64,000 nucleotides of DNA, taken from assembly GCF_963921235.1 (NCBI RefSeq), contig NC_086097.1, forward strand, positions 134,480,001 through 134,544,000, given 5' to 3'. This document shows positions 24,815 to 38,719 of this stretch, one piece after another; the stretch's first letter is position 1; each line of letters starts with the position of its first letter. The notes under the pieces were generated by a model. It made no database searches. It was not told the DNA's origin and was given only the letters and a program-made list of their open reading frames with translations. The stretch is from Mobula hypostoma (taxonomy: Eukaryota). A program made the translations under genes and the position numbers.

Positions 24815-25905
24815 GTTCAATAGTAGCTATGAAATAATGGCATGCTCCAGATAGTAGGGAAGACAAAATGTGCAAATACATACAAAAAAATAATAACAAC
24901 TAAATAAATGATACTCAGCACGAGTTGTAGCAGACATCCCACCGGTTCCGGAAGTTCTGGGAGTCTCCTGCATATTGATAGCGGCTCCCTGATGCCTGCA
25001 AAATATATACAATATCCCAGAAACCGATTTTTTTGAGAGCGAGTGAGAGAGAGAGCGCACAAGAGAGCGTGAGAGAACAAGAGACAGCACGAGAGAGAGT
25101 GAGAGAGCGCGAGGGCAAGAGCGAGAGACAGCGCCATGGCAGAGTGTTCCAAAAAAAGAAATTATAAAACGTACTTCAACCCAGACTACACTAAAGTGTA
25201 CCCCTGCCTAGTAGGGGTCAAAATAATGACAGTGATGCTCGCTGCACTGTTTGCAACAGTGACTTTTCTATTGCCCATGGTGGGTTAAGACTGTAAGAGA
25301 CATGCTGAGGTGAGTTTAACAGGTGTCATTCGTTCATTAGCATAACTAATGTTATTTAAACTAGCTGGCTAGCTGCAAAGGAGCTACTCTATTGCAGACA
25401 TCCCACGTCTCCCGGAAGTTCCTGGAGTCTCCCGCAAATTGATGGTGCTACCTCCCTGAAATGAGTGTTTGTAGGGTGGGATGTCTGTTGTAGGGTCCTT
25501 CAAAGAGAGATTGTAGGTTGAGGGATCAGTTCAGAGTTGACGTGAGTGAAGTTAACCATACTGATTCAGAAGCCTAATAGCTGAAGGGTAATAACTGTTC
25601 CTGAACCTGGTGGTGTTGGACCTAAGGCTCCTGAAACTCCTTCCCAATGAGAAGTAAGAAGAGAGCAAGGTCTGGATGACTGGGGTCCTTGATAATGAAC
25701 GCTGCTTTCTTGTGCCAGCTCTCCTCGTAGATGTGCTCAATGGTGGGGAGGGATTTTCCTGTGATGGACTGAGCTGTATCCACAATTTTTTGTATGGATT
25801 TCCATTCTTGGGCACTGGTGTACCAACCTCCTGTATAAGTAAAGACATTGGTGCACTCTCCTTATTATGGCATCTATGTGCTGGAGCCAGGACAGGTCAT
25901 CAGAT
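24815..25905 (-). mobile_element. Rex1/Babar 3' end, interrupted by a DNA element
   Basis: ORF 25552-25848 ends TTRFRNSYYPSAIRLLNQ; the 3' UTR is broken at ttgtag. Confidence 0.8.
24931..25487. mobile_element. Non-autonomous TIR DNA transposon with 6-bp TSD (hAT5/hAT6-like)
   Basis: Perfect 13-bp TIR CAGACATCCCACC / GGTGGGATGTCTG; ttgtag at 24925-24930 and 25488-25493; internal GA-rich repeat. Confidence 0.85.
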
Positions 25906-25909
25906 ATGC

Positions 25910-26200
25910 TTACTTATTTAGACATACAATGCAGAACAGGTCCTTCTGGCCCAATGAGCCTCACCATCCAGCATCCCACCAATTTAACACTAGCCTAATC
26001 ACAGGACAATTTACAATGACCAGCTAAACTAACTGTACATCTTTGGACCATGGGAGGAAACCAGAGCACACAGAGGAAACACATGCACTAGTGTGAAGAA
26101 CATATAATCTCCATTACAAAGAGCATAGGAATTGAACTCCAAACTCGAGAACACCCCAAGCTGCAATAGCATTGCACAAACTGTTACACTACCGTGGCAC
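25910..26200 (-). mobile_element. V-SINE (HE1-like tRNA SINE)
   Basis: Reverse complement of the V-domain (gggaggaaaccagagcacacagaggaaac), B-box remnant ggaattgaac, CR1-like tail. Confidence 0.8.
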
Positions 26201-27169
26201 ACAGGAATTTGAAGTTCCACAATATCTAAAGTTAAACAGTGTTCTGGTTCCTGAAATGGTATCATGAACATAAATGTGCAGCAAAAGAAAACCACCTCAG
26301 AAAGATGAAGGTGACCTCAAAGTCAAATTTATTGTCATATGCACAGTTGTAGTATATAAATTACTTGCAGTAGATGGCATATGGTATAAGATAAGCAGCA
26401 TTCACGAGAAGAAAACATATTAAACATAAACTATACACAATTTTAACAAGAAAGAACACAATTAGGCTTAATTTAGTGCAAAGTGATCAAACTGGTCATA
26501 GCATTGCTATACTGCAGTGATTAGGGTTGTGCTGGTTGGTTCAAGAACCAAATGGATGAAGAGACGTAACTGGATACAGTTACAGAGTGTGCTTCAAAGG
26601 GTTTCCACTGACACTGCCTTGTAAAAGCCTAAGAGAACATGTAGTAGTTACACATTTCCTGTAAGCAATCTCTTTACGTAATACAATTCATATTACTTCC
26701 TACTATAGTTAAATTAACAGTGGTACAAGATAAGGCAATCATTACCATGTTTTGCAATGAATCTAACTTAATTCCATTTAATTTTGTTTATGGTTAGCAC
26801 TCAGTGTAATATACTGTGCTTCTGCTTATAAATCATTCCAACATTTGATGCCTTACTGAGCTCCATTTCAAGTTAATTTTGCCATACTGTTTTCCATCTG
26901 AGTACGGCATTGTTTTTTGAAAACTTCAATGTTAAACACAACAGGCACTGCAGATGCTAGAAATCCTGAACAACAAACCGTAAACGCTGGAGGAACTCAG
27001 CATGTCAGGCAGCATCAGTTAACGTTTTGTATGTGTTACTCCCAATATCTACCATGTTGCATGCATACCTGAGATGGGCAGAGCAAAAGCCATGCTTCCG
27101 GTAACAGCCACTACTTCTAAGCATCTATAAAACAGTTAGATGGGAAAGGAGTTGGATAGATAGATGCTG

Positions 27170-27478
27170 AGGGAATGGTTCTGCCCAAGAAGCTATCTAG
27201 AAGCAAGAGCAATAGCTTCAGAATAAAAGGAGGCATATAAAATGGGGTGAAAAGGAATTTCTTCTCTCCCATGATTGTGAATCTTTGCAACTTCTTACCT
27301 CTATGTGACCTAAGGAGCCAAAGTTGTAGAATATATTTAAGGCTGAACAGTGGGGAAGCAAGTGAACAGACCAGAAATTGGAATTGAGGCCAAGTTCAGA
27401 TCAGCCATGATTGTAACTGAACTGTGGAGCAGTTTGGGGAGAACATGCAGCCTGCTCCTGCTCCTGCTCCTACTTCTC
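27170..27478 (+). mobile_element. Degraded CR1 3' end
   Basis: aggaatttcttctctcccatgattgtgaatctttg...atatttaaggctga...agatcagccatgat...ctgctcctacttct. Confidence 0.7.
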
Positions 27479-30244
27479 ACTGAGAGGGGAGATGGATGCA
27501 GAGACTATGTTCTGATGCCAGATTCCAAATAGAATTCTAATGGGAGAGGCCCATTTGCTGAGATTCCCCAGCATTATATTAAGGGACACCATCTCACAGA
27601 CCCTGAACAAACTGGCACAAGTTTAAAAACTTCATCGATTTCAGACCCCATCAATTATTTTTCTTCCAGTTTACTGTTTTTAATTAATTCTAATTGTTTT
27701 TGGATGTATTAATTAACTTTATTTCTTCAAATGTTTACAAGAGTTGTAATATTGCAGTAAGAAAAGAGATTACTTGAGTGAAGATTACATTTTTATTGTT
27801 CAGAATAAAACAGAAAATCCTGCACTCAGATGCATCTGTGCAGAGAGACAGAGTTAGTGTTTGTTCATTAGAACTGGAAAAGAGAAAAAAAGAACAAATT
27901 AATTTGCTCTTTTTTATCTCCTTTCCCCAATTCTGATGAAGGTTCTTCAACCGTATCATCAGATGCTGTTGCAATCAAGTAAAACTTAGCTGAGCATCAA
28001 TCTAACGGCTTTGCTAACTTATATTCTCAACCGGAACAACTCTAATCACTACAATTATGGATGAATCATAGCAACAACTATGGCTACTTTATACAAAAAT
28101 GTTTTTGGTTTTAAACATGCTCATTCTTGCAAAGATTGTGATTAATTTATGCTTAGTTTTTCTTATGAAAGTGGCTTATATGTGCCTGTGATGCTGCTGC
28201 ACGTAGGCTTTCCCATTACCCTGGTGCATACACATACCGTGCATATGAGGATAAAACTTGACTTCCACTGTTCACTTGATCAAGTGGAACTGAGCATGCT
28301 GAAATCCTGACCTCTGAAAGAGTTGTCCCCATTCCATTCCAAGTTGCCTTTTTTTTGTATTTATCCCTTTTTCCTTTGAAAGTTACTATTAAATCTGTTT
28401 CCACCAGCTTTTCACAGACAATGCCTTCCTAATCACAACAACTTGTTGTGGGGAAAAAAAATCATCTCCCCTCTGTGGATAAAGAAGCAAAGCAACCCCT
28501 GAACTTATAATTACAATCAATCTGCAGAAGAAAAGACCAGAGCAAATGCTTTCTCTAGAAAGTACTTCCTTGTCATTCTCATTAGCATATGTCTTAGACT
28601 GCTGATATATCTTAACGTGCCAAGCTGAGGCTGGTACAGATTCCTCCTTCAAGCTGTCTGAAACTTGGCAAACTGACTTATTGGCACCAACTGAAGCCTA
28701 ACAGATTCTACTTTGCTCTGGGTGAGACTAATAAGGACATTATGAAGGGATGCAACATGGAAGGCAGGAGAAACTAGTTTACCTGATGAATGGTTACCAG
28801 ATGGAACTTGGAGCAGTTGTCGTAAATACATCCACGTATTTTAAAGTGAGGGATAAATAGAAGATATGAAGATATGGTGAGATGATTGTATGAAGCATGA
28901 ACACTGACGTGTAAGCACACTGTGCCCAGTCTGTAGTGTACATTCTATATGCGCACATAGGACATGTACAAAAAAAGATTCTTTAGAACAGAAATCCAAA
29001 ATGTTTTGCCCTCTAGCAATACCTGGTATTGTCCATTTGTGATGCGGCATTCTAAAATCCAGACACATTTTTTGGCCATTCCCCTGAAAGACGTTGGTGC
29101 AACAAACTCTATTTAAAACTCCTGGGTTCACATCACCTGACTTGGCAGTGCAATATTTTATGCTTTTAATAAGAGCAATGCAAGTTTCCTCCCTGCAAGT
29201 ACCAGCGTTTCCTGTTATGCAAAGAAAGTGGAAACTTTGCTAGGTTAATTGAAATCTTTTGGTACTAGAGCTGTAGGAAAGTTAAATAAACATCTAAAAT
29301 ACGACTGAAAAAAACAACCTTTAGGACTGACCTCAGGTGGTCTTTTATGGAGGCGGATCCCAACATGCTCAAGCCTTAGCTATTGTTCTTTTGGGATAGG
29401 TGGTCCTTTAAGAATAGTATCAGTGTACCTACAATAGGACAGTGAACCTATAATTGGTATATTCTTTGACTAAGAACGTCATCAACTTGATGTACTACTC
29501 AGAACTGATGGTGCAAATTATAGCCCAGTATGATTTATAGATTTCACCACATAAAGCCTTTATTTAGGCTGCACGTAACAATTATGAACAGCATGTCCCT
29601 TATTCCAAGATGTGACTTTTCTTTTGTCATATACTGTAACTGTTCACTTTGGAATCTGCTGTGAATGTCTGATAAATTTCAGGGTTCTTGGCATTTCAAA
29701 GAATTTGCCTCATGTAACAGCCATTCCAAACATCCTGTCAAATGGCTAAACCTCCATATTTAACTCTGCTCGAAGTTAACGAGACACAGGTGCACTGCTT
29801 ACTTCAGTCTAGAATCCTGACAATGAAGGGGGAAAAGACTTGCATTTATATAGTTCTTACATATTGAAAGAACTGTTTCACAGAAGCATTAGTAAACAAA
29901 ATTTCAAACCAGGCCACACTTGAGGAAAGGAACATGTAATCAAAAGCATAGCCAGACAGGCAAGCTTTAAGGAGAAGAGAACAACAGAGAGGTTTAAAGA
30001 GCACATACTCAATAAGTGGTTGATAAAGAATGTTTTCTTGTGCCTGAATCTATTCTGATTATATCTGGGCTTCTACTTCTTAAATATTCTGAACACAAAA
30101 TGTAAGCATGGAGGTATTAACTTATACTGAAAAAACAGTGATTCACCGGTGGCCCATCTGGAATGAAACTCCCAGTGCTTGTCCATTCTCTACCTCACAG
30201 TGTTTCTTACTTCACTACTCATTGTCATGATCTAACTGCTGTCC

Positions 30245-30840
30245 TGAAAGGTAGCTTCATGGTCTGGTACAGGAGTTCAAATACGCAGGAACCCAAGAGG
30301 CTACAGAGAGTAGTGTGCTCATCCCAATACATCACAGGCATGCCCCTCCCCACCACTGGTAGTATCTACAGGCAGTACTGCCTCAAGAAGGCAACATCCA
30401 TCTTCAAGTATCCCCACCATCCAGGCCAAGCCATCTTCACACAGTTACTATTGAGCAGGAGGTACAGAAACTTGAAGTCCCCCACTACCAAGTTCAAGAA
30501 CAGATATTTTCATTCAACCTTTCATGTCTTGAACCTAGCAGCACGACTGTAATCATTACAATTTAGCAAAACTATGACCACTTTGATCACTTTGCACTAA
30601 AATGGTCTTTGTAACTTTATTCCAATGAAGTTCTTTCTTGTTTATTCCCCTCCATAGATGATGCCAACTTGCCAAGTTTTATGTGTGTTGCTTTAGAGTT
30701 CTAGCATCTGTAGAATCTCGTTTTTGCGCATAAATTATGATTTCTTTCCTATGTGCCTGCAATAATACTGCAAGTAAGTTCTCTGCTGCACCTGTGCATA
30801 CATATACTTGTGCATTCAACAATAAACTTGACTTTATCTT
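30245..30840 (+). mobile_element. Rex1/Babar 3' fragment with a Penelope terminal piece at ~30645-30725
   Basis: ORF 30163-30552 (KRLQRVV...KKATSIFKYPHHPG...FKNRYF); tail aataaacttgacttt. Confidence 0.8.
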
Positions 30841-32834
30841 TTGGCTATGTAAAGTGCAGAGTTTCAAGAAAGAGCCACAAGAATTAACTGGGGTTGACTA
30901 TGGAGAAAAATAATTATTGTTCTTTCCACAGCCTGAGAACAAATTAAAAATAAAACCATCAAGAAGAAATCTGGCATGTAGTGTTGGTACAACTGACAAA
31001 ATAGTAAAGTTTATATTTGATGCTCTTTCAAAGGTGAAAACTAAAGTACAAGAATGAAGAACTGTAAAGTAGCACCTCTCACATCAGGTGTTAAATCATA
31101 TAAAGTTATAATTTTCTTCTTATAATTCTGATGATCAGATACATCTGCCTGTTGTCAGGTTTTGCAATGGAGAGATGTTGACCCACTGCTAACAAAATAA
31201 CCTCACCCATTCACCTTAAACCTTCACGTACTAGCATCACAAACATCAATTTTAATGTAACATGAAAACAAATGTACAACAATTACTTGGATTCATACAG
31301 CACCTTTAACACTGGAGAGCATTCAAGGGACATTCCTACAGGTACCAAACAAAATTTGGCAGCAAGCCACATTAAGAGATATTTAAACAGGTGATAAAGG
31401 CACAGTAAATGAAATAGGGTTTAAAAGGGAAAAGAGTCAGAGAGAAAGGGGAGGGAATTCCAGAGCCAAGGCCTTGGCAGCTGCCATAGAAGGAGTGATA
31501 AAAATGGGTAACACGAAATATGACTGAATCAATACAGCAGCCAAAAAAAATCAGGATATAGCAGACTTAGAAAACATGGATGCAAGCTGCAAGGCAAAGC
31601 CATAGCAGTTGTAAAACATTTACCTTACGCCACACGCAATGTAGTGGACAGTAAATGATCATCACACTCCATTAGATCATTCCCAAAAATCAATAAAATA
31701 ATATCTTGTGTCCTTCCACTGTTTCCAGCAGTGCTATATATTCAGTGCACTCCTGAATTTACTAACACAATCCACAGCCACACATTAAGCTTTGAGTCAA
31801 CATTAAAACTCTGAAAATGATGGAACTACCCAGTAGGCCAAGCACTGCCTGTGGAGAGAGATATGTGGAGATGAAGCTTCATCATTGACCTGTAATATTT
31901 TACTCCCCTTCTCTCTCCGAGGGTCCTACTTGACCTGCTGAGGACTTTCAACATTCTCTGCTTCCATTTGAGATTTTTATTCTCTACTGTACTTTGCTTC
32001 CACAATCTTAAACTCAGTTTACCATATCTTTACAGAGTTTAAGTTTGGGCTAACTTATTTTAAGTTTATGACACCAACTTTCAATTTTCTTATGTCTTCT
32101 TAGAACCTGGAAGATTATAACTCCTCAAGCCTTCTCCAAAAAAAATGGGATGTCCCCAACTTGCATAGCCTTCTTCAGGGCTTGGTAGCTGAATCCCAAT
32201 GGTCAAGCTAAGGCTTATTTGAACTGCAAATATCAGATAGGCTCAAAATGATAAATGTACCAGATGCTTGAAATATGCCAGATGCTTGAAATCCCTGATT
32301 GGAACTGGATATCCCGCTACCCAGGAAAGGGCTCTGCACATACATCCGTGTATAAGGATCCAATCCCGGCAATTAGATGATAAACATTTAAAGCAGTGTG
32401 AATGCCGGCATCTAGATTCAATAAACATTTAAATTAATTGCACATTCAAGTAAAAGTTGCCCACAGGAACCAAGGGAAGCAGGAGTATTTTTTGCACTAA
32501 CAATAAACACCACGCTGTGTCAGACTGAAACACTAAAAATATAAGTTTACACAAGATGTTCCTTCATAATGAACTTGATCATAACCTCTGCCAGTTTCTC
32601 CCTTTTATCATCGCAACAGTGTGGAGGACAGGGATGACACAGAGGGGGCATTAATTGCACCAATAGGCCTTTTAATGACATTATATTATATTTAGCAGCT
32701 TAGTCAAGTAACTTATTTTCAAGAACAATCTGCTTCAGCATAGGCCTTGACACAGAAAAACCAAGACAATGAGCAGTTGTGCAAAGATGTTTTGGCTCCA
32801 TACCCAATAGAACTATTGTGTAAATGTTTCAATT

Positions 32835-33160
32835 AGAGACAGAGAGGTATAGCACTGAAATAGGCCCTTCAGCCCATCAACTTTGTATTATCTACTATAT
32901 ACTCCAATACAACAGTAATCCTGTTTGTTCATATTCTCCGCATTTTTATCATCTCCCCAACACCATCCCCCCCCCCAAAATTTAACCACCCATGCACACA
33001 CTTGGGGGCATTTACAGTAGCCAATTAACCTGCTAACCTGTATACCTTTGGAACGGGAGTAAATCCAAGCACCTAGAGGAACCCCATATGGTCACAGGAA
33101 GAACGTGCCAGAGGATGGGACTGACTCTGCATCTCCAGCACTGTTAGGAAGCAACTGGAC
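32835..33160 (-). mobile_element. V-SINE, degraded
   Basis: ccaattaacctgctaacctgtatacctttggaacgggagtaaatccaagcacctagaggaacccc. Confidence 0.7.
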
Positions 33161-34205
33161 ACAAGGTTTCAGGCACACTCTGCGAAACAATCAATACAGC
33201 TGAAAGACAAGCTACCCCAGATGACACCCTATTTCTTGTTCTTTATTTACAGTACAATATCCCATCGGTGCTTTTGATCAAACTTAGACACTGACTTGCA
33301 GTGTTGAGCTGCCATGACTTCCAATTGCTTGCTCAATCCATTTTTATCAGAATAATCGCATTCTCTTCCATCTTACAGAGGTTACCTTGATATATAGCTT
33401 CCACTTATCACCTTTGTCTGACATGCATCAATTGTCAACACATCTCCAGGTTGTTCTAGATCTTGCCCTTTTCTCCCACTGCACCCATGAAGACTTTTAG
33501 AGGTGTCAGTCCTAATAACTGCATCATAACTTCCTACCTTGAATGCCTGTCGTCAATTTTGGTTCAGGGCTTTCTACTGGTTTGTCATTATTTGATTCAT
33601 GACCACAAGATGTTTCCACAACTACTCTGTGAATTTGCTCAACTAGATTTGTATAAACTTCACTTCCAAATAAACCACATTTACTTGAACCCTCGATCTG
33701 CAATATGTCCTCAAAATAATCTATTAAACCAATTGTGTTTGACATTGCATTTGCAGAACAATGCTATTCCCTGCCAATTACCTTCTCAAATAATTTGCTA
33801 CCTAGCTTTGGTAATCTACTTTGCAAACAATCCTAGTATTGCAACTTTATGAGACCCGTTTTTCAATAAACATATTACTTTCTACATTCTCTGGACCACT
33901 GGTAACACTTTCTGTCTTAAGAAATCCTAATATTGGATATAGAACTCATCACATTCTAACCTCAGGTGTATTATTCAACTAGATTTCATATGTCATCTTC
34001 TTCTTAGGTACCCCCTTAGGATCGAGGATGAGGATTGAGGATGATGAGCTTCCTTTCGAATTACAGGAATTCTGAGGTATCCAATGAGACCATTGTAGAT
34101 TCTGCAAATCCCCATTTAAGCAGCCAGTCATTAATTCTAATACAGTTTCATTATATTCAATCATACTGATTCAAGCATCAACTTGATCTACACTATTTAT
34201 TATTC

Positions 34206-34876
34206 TGTAGCCCCCCACCCCCACGGCCCTGCCAAACTGGGTAATTAGTTTGTGTGGATGCTGTGTGATGTACCCCACCCCGCCCAAATAACAGACAATA
34301 CACCAGATACGATTAGATGAAGTACAGTTTATAGATATTTCTGGAACTATATAATTAATAGAGAATAAAATATAAAAGGAAAATAAAAGGCGCCACACTT
34401 ATCAAAGTTCAATCTCTTTGTGCACAAACAGTCGGAGCTCGGGACCCTCCTTCTTCGCCCTGCAATCCCCTCGGACCACCTCGACCTGCCGGCTGGGGCC
34501 AACAACAGTGGTTGACCAGATGCTCCACATGAGTCCGTCTCCGTCTCCGCTCCTCACCGAACACCCTGGACCTCGGACTCCTGCTCGGGGTCCGACCCCG
34601 TTAGCAGACTCAAGCACCTGGTCCATCCTCTATCTCTCTCTCCCGCCTTCTCCCCAAAAACCCGCACATCACAATATCTTACAGACACACAGAAAGCATA
34701 ACATCTATCCCAATTGGTTTGTAACACCCTCTAATCAGTAACATAATCCAACCAAACTGCTAGCGGGAGGCCTTTCTCAGCAGTTAACATAACAAAGAAG
34801 CCATTTCAATTATAACATAACAAAGAAGCCATTTTAATTAGACTACGCAGTAACATAAAAGAAGAAACCCCTTACA
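34206..34876. mobile_element. Solo LTR (671 bp)
   Basis: TGTA...TACA termini flanked by a perfect 4-bp TSD attc (34202-34205, 34877-34880); CpG-rich core; internal repeat aacataacaaagaagccattt. Confidence 0.85.
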
Positions 34877-34911
34877 ATTCTATCCTGCTTCCTTGCAATA
34901 GCAAACACAAA

Positions 34912-35145
34912 AGGGGCAGCATGGTAGCACAACGGCTGGTAAAGCACTGTTACAGCATCAGTGACCCGGGTTCAATTCCTGCTGCCGCCTGTAAGGAGTA
35001 TGTTCATCCACCCGTGATCATTTGAGTTTCCTCTGGGTGCTCTGCTTTCTTCCCACATTCCAGACAGGTATGGGTTAATAGGGTGATTTATTACATGGGC
35101 TCATTGGCCTGGAAAGACCTGTTACTGTGCTGTATCTCTATAAGA
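34912..35145 (+). mobile_element. V-SINE (tRNA-derived)
   Basis: B-box gggttcaattcc; V-domain gtttcctctgggtgctctgctttcttcccacattcc; tail actgtgctgtatctct. Confidence 0.85.
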
Positions 35146-37670
35146 AAAAGAGATTATATAGATACTGTATATCCAGAGTAAATCACACAAAATGCCGGAA
35201 GAACTCAGTGGTCAGGCGGCATCTATGGAAAGGAATGAATCTATGGAAGCATCAAAGTAAATGGCAATGAATTCAACTCTAGACCTTGAATAATAATTTT
35301 ATTGTAAATCCAGAGAATTTTAAGTCATTGCGGTCAATGTCCATGGAACAAAAATATTCAAAGGTATCCAGAAAGAGGAAAACAAAACACATTAGGACAG
35401 GCAGTTCTGATGAAGGGCTATCGACCCAAAACATTATTCCATTCCAAAGATAGTGCTTGACCTGTGAGTACCTCCAGCATTTTGTGTGTTACTCCTTACT
35501 ATAGTGTTTGTTTCATCACAACCTTAAAACCCTTTCCTACATTGGATCCCAGAAATTAGAACTAATTAGAAAATACTCTAAATTTTTATTCCTTTTCCTC
35601 AACACTGTCACTTTGTGGGTACATGAAAGTAGCCAAAATCACATTTTACCAAGATATTTTCCATTTGGTCATCTTATTCTCTGTTACTTGATCCATCTGC
35701 CTAATCTCACATTGTCAACTTGGCTAGCCTTTGCTATCATTTACAAATCACTGATAACCTGGAGTTCTCGCAATGTTCATCATTTGCATGGAACAATAGA
35801 CAACTGCTTCTGATTTATCTAAACCACTTCAAAATCTGCATTCTTATTCCATGTCTTCCACCCCCGTGAATCATACTGTAAAGTGACAAGATGTCAAAAC
35901 CTTCACTAAGCTCTGAATATACATTATAACCAGTGTTTCTCTTGTGCTCACCACATCTGATATTTCCTACAGAATCTCCAATATACAACTCGAGTATGAT
36001 TTTCCTTTTCAATTCATATTAACACATTACCGGAAATTCAGAGCAAGTTGATTATTGTATATGTCAACCAGATGCGTCAACAATATGTAATCTAATTCCA
36101 AGACTCAAAGTCATTGGGATGAGTTTTGAAGGCAAAGCACCAATGCTATGAGAGCGCATTTATTATTACCAACTGCAGATGAATATCTGTGCCTGCCTGT
36201 CGTAATCTGCTTTGTTTTCCTCCTTTGAGTATTTTTTTCCCGTGGGCAGTGATCACAATCACTTTAAATTCTCTGGATTTACAAGAAAAATTATTATCCA
36301 AAGTCAAAGTTGAGTTTATTGTCATATGTACATGTAGCTACATGTACAGGTGCAACAAAAACCTTGCAGCAGCATCACAGGCACGTAGTTCAATACCATG
36401 ACATTTTCTCAATTCTGCAATACTTTATTCTGCACCCTGTTATTATTTTCCCTTGTACTACCTCAATGCAATGTAATCAATTAATCTGTATTGAAAATAT
36501 GCAAGACAGGTTTTTCACTGCACCTCACACATGTGACAATAATAATTTACCAATTCAATAATGTTTCAAATGATATCACAAACGATTCCTGACAGATTCC
36601 AACTGGCTTCACTCACATTCCTTTGTTCCATCATTACCATACTATCACGTACTACGTGCTAAAATACTTCATCAAGTCCTGGTAGGGATTCAAGAGATTG
36701 CAAGTTCTAGAATCTGGAGTTACACAGACTCTGGTGGATCAGGCAGGAATTACAGAAGGAAACAGGCACTCGACATTTTAGGGTGAGACCCTAGATTTAG
36801 ACTTCATGAAGGATCTCAACCTGAAACACCAACTGTCCATTTCTCTTCACAGATGTTGCCTGACTCGAGTTCCTCCAACATCATGTGTGCAGCTCCTGAT
36901 ACCAATGCACAATATTGACAGGGTTCTCTTGCCTAGTTCATAAAAGATGTACAACAGCAATATCTGACCTGTATTTAGGAAGACGGACAACACAGATAGA
37001 GCCAGAATGATAATTTAAAAGGGTGAGCTGAAAAAAATGTGGGAAGTGCCCCATATGAAAAATAAATATGAAGAACCAATCTGTTGGGCCAAATGGACTC
37101 TTTCTCTGTTATACTGACAATATAATTATAAATAAATAATTACGGCTTAAAATAAACTTTTAATTTGTCTTCAGTCTAATGTGCATCACTATTGCAAAAT
37201 ATATGTTAGGTTATTGAAACAACAGTAGCTGAAAGCCAGATGTGACCTGGCAACCCAGGTGTTCAGGAAAAATGCTGTTAACAGTAAGGATTGATGACCT
37301 AATCAAAATGTCACACTCAGATCCTCAGCAGGGTGGTTTTGAGTGGGGTGAGGAGGATAATATCCAACGGCTTTTACTCATGCTTAGTATTATGGTAAAT
37401 CAATGCTGACATTTTCAATTGTGAAAAGATTTTCTTTTCCCTAAATAACGTAAGAAATAACTATCTCAGCTTTCTGGATAGAGTGCAAGCAAATCACTTC
37501 AAAGACCAGTTTTAAGGGGGGAAAATTAGGATTATTAATGTTGAAAGCAACAAAATAAAGTTAAAACAGTGCCCTGTAACTGGAATGAAAGCGTTTGTGA
37601 AGGGATTTGCTTTTCTACTTTTGAATCCTGCAAAAACCTAATCAAACTATACAGATATAGAAGATATATG

Positions 37671-38052
37671 TACGAGGGGTGATTGATAAGTTTGTGGCCT
37701 AAGGTAGAAGAGATGAGTTATACAGCTCTCGTTTCATGCACATGCAGTTCAACTCTTTCAGTGATTATGCAGAAAGTTTGAAGTTAATAACTCATCTTCT
37801 ACCTTAGGCCACAAATTTATCAATCACCCCTGATGAGTTATTAACCTCAAACTTTCTGCATAATCACTCAAAGAGTTGAACTGCATGTGCATGTAACCAG
37901 AGCTGTATAACTCATCTCCTTCTACCTTAGGCCACAAACTTATCAATCACCCCTGCTCTGGACCACTTTCTGGAGGTCCAAGACGCCGAATTCTACAAAG
38001 AAGGGATCTATATGCTCCACAACCGCTGGACTAAGTGTGTAAATGTAGGAGG
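37671..38052 (+). mobile_element. Mariner-derived fold-back element with transposase C-terminal remnant
   Basis: Starts TA-CGAGGGGTGATTGATAAG; long internal inverted repeats; ends with LDHFLEVQDAEFYKEGIYMLHNRWTKCVNVGG, the mariner C-terminal FY..GI..L..RW.KC motif. Confidence 0.85.
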
Positions 38053-38719
38053 TAAATATACACAGACTCCCATGTAAACGCATGCAGATACTTACATCCA
38101 TGTAAACACAGGAAAGTTTACTTGGGTTTCCAATGCATGGACAGAATAATGTGGACCTCTGTCAATTTATTCAAATATATTACAAATCGGTAGTTCTGAC
38201 CTCATTTCACGTTTTAGACTTTTACATTTGAATAGGAATGAATGAAACTAACCAGGTTCAATTCCACATTAAAGTTAGCAAGGGTATATAATGTGAAAAG
38301 AATTTAAGGCATTCCACGACAGAGTTTACAGCATAGAAATATTTGGTCCAAATAGTCCATGCCATTGTTAAACTCACTCAAACTTCCTTTCAACTCTCCT
38401 TCACCTCACGCTCTAAGTGAATCCTTCAATTTCTTACACCATGTTATTTGCCTCAATTGCATTTAAGATAGCTTGTTAAATATTCTTGCCTCTCCTTAAG
38501 TTAAGAAGTTTCTCTTCCAGAATTCCTAAATGTATTTATCAATGACTGTCTTATATTTTTGGCCTCTCGATTAATCTCCTGCAATTGGAAACATCTTCTG
38601 TGTATCTATTTCATCAAAACTGTCATTTTAAAGAGTTCTAATAAGTCAATCCTCAGACTTTACTCAAGAGCCTCAGCCTATGCATTCTTCCCAAAGGGAT
38701 ATGACCTCTGCGTACAGAG

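Noticed and set aside
35403..35435. Hammerhead motif ctgatga-agggctatcgaccc-aaaa
   Set aside because: The GAAA core is mutated and stem I/cleavage site is lost; similar decay at ~19688 and ~27933.
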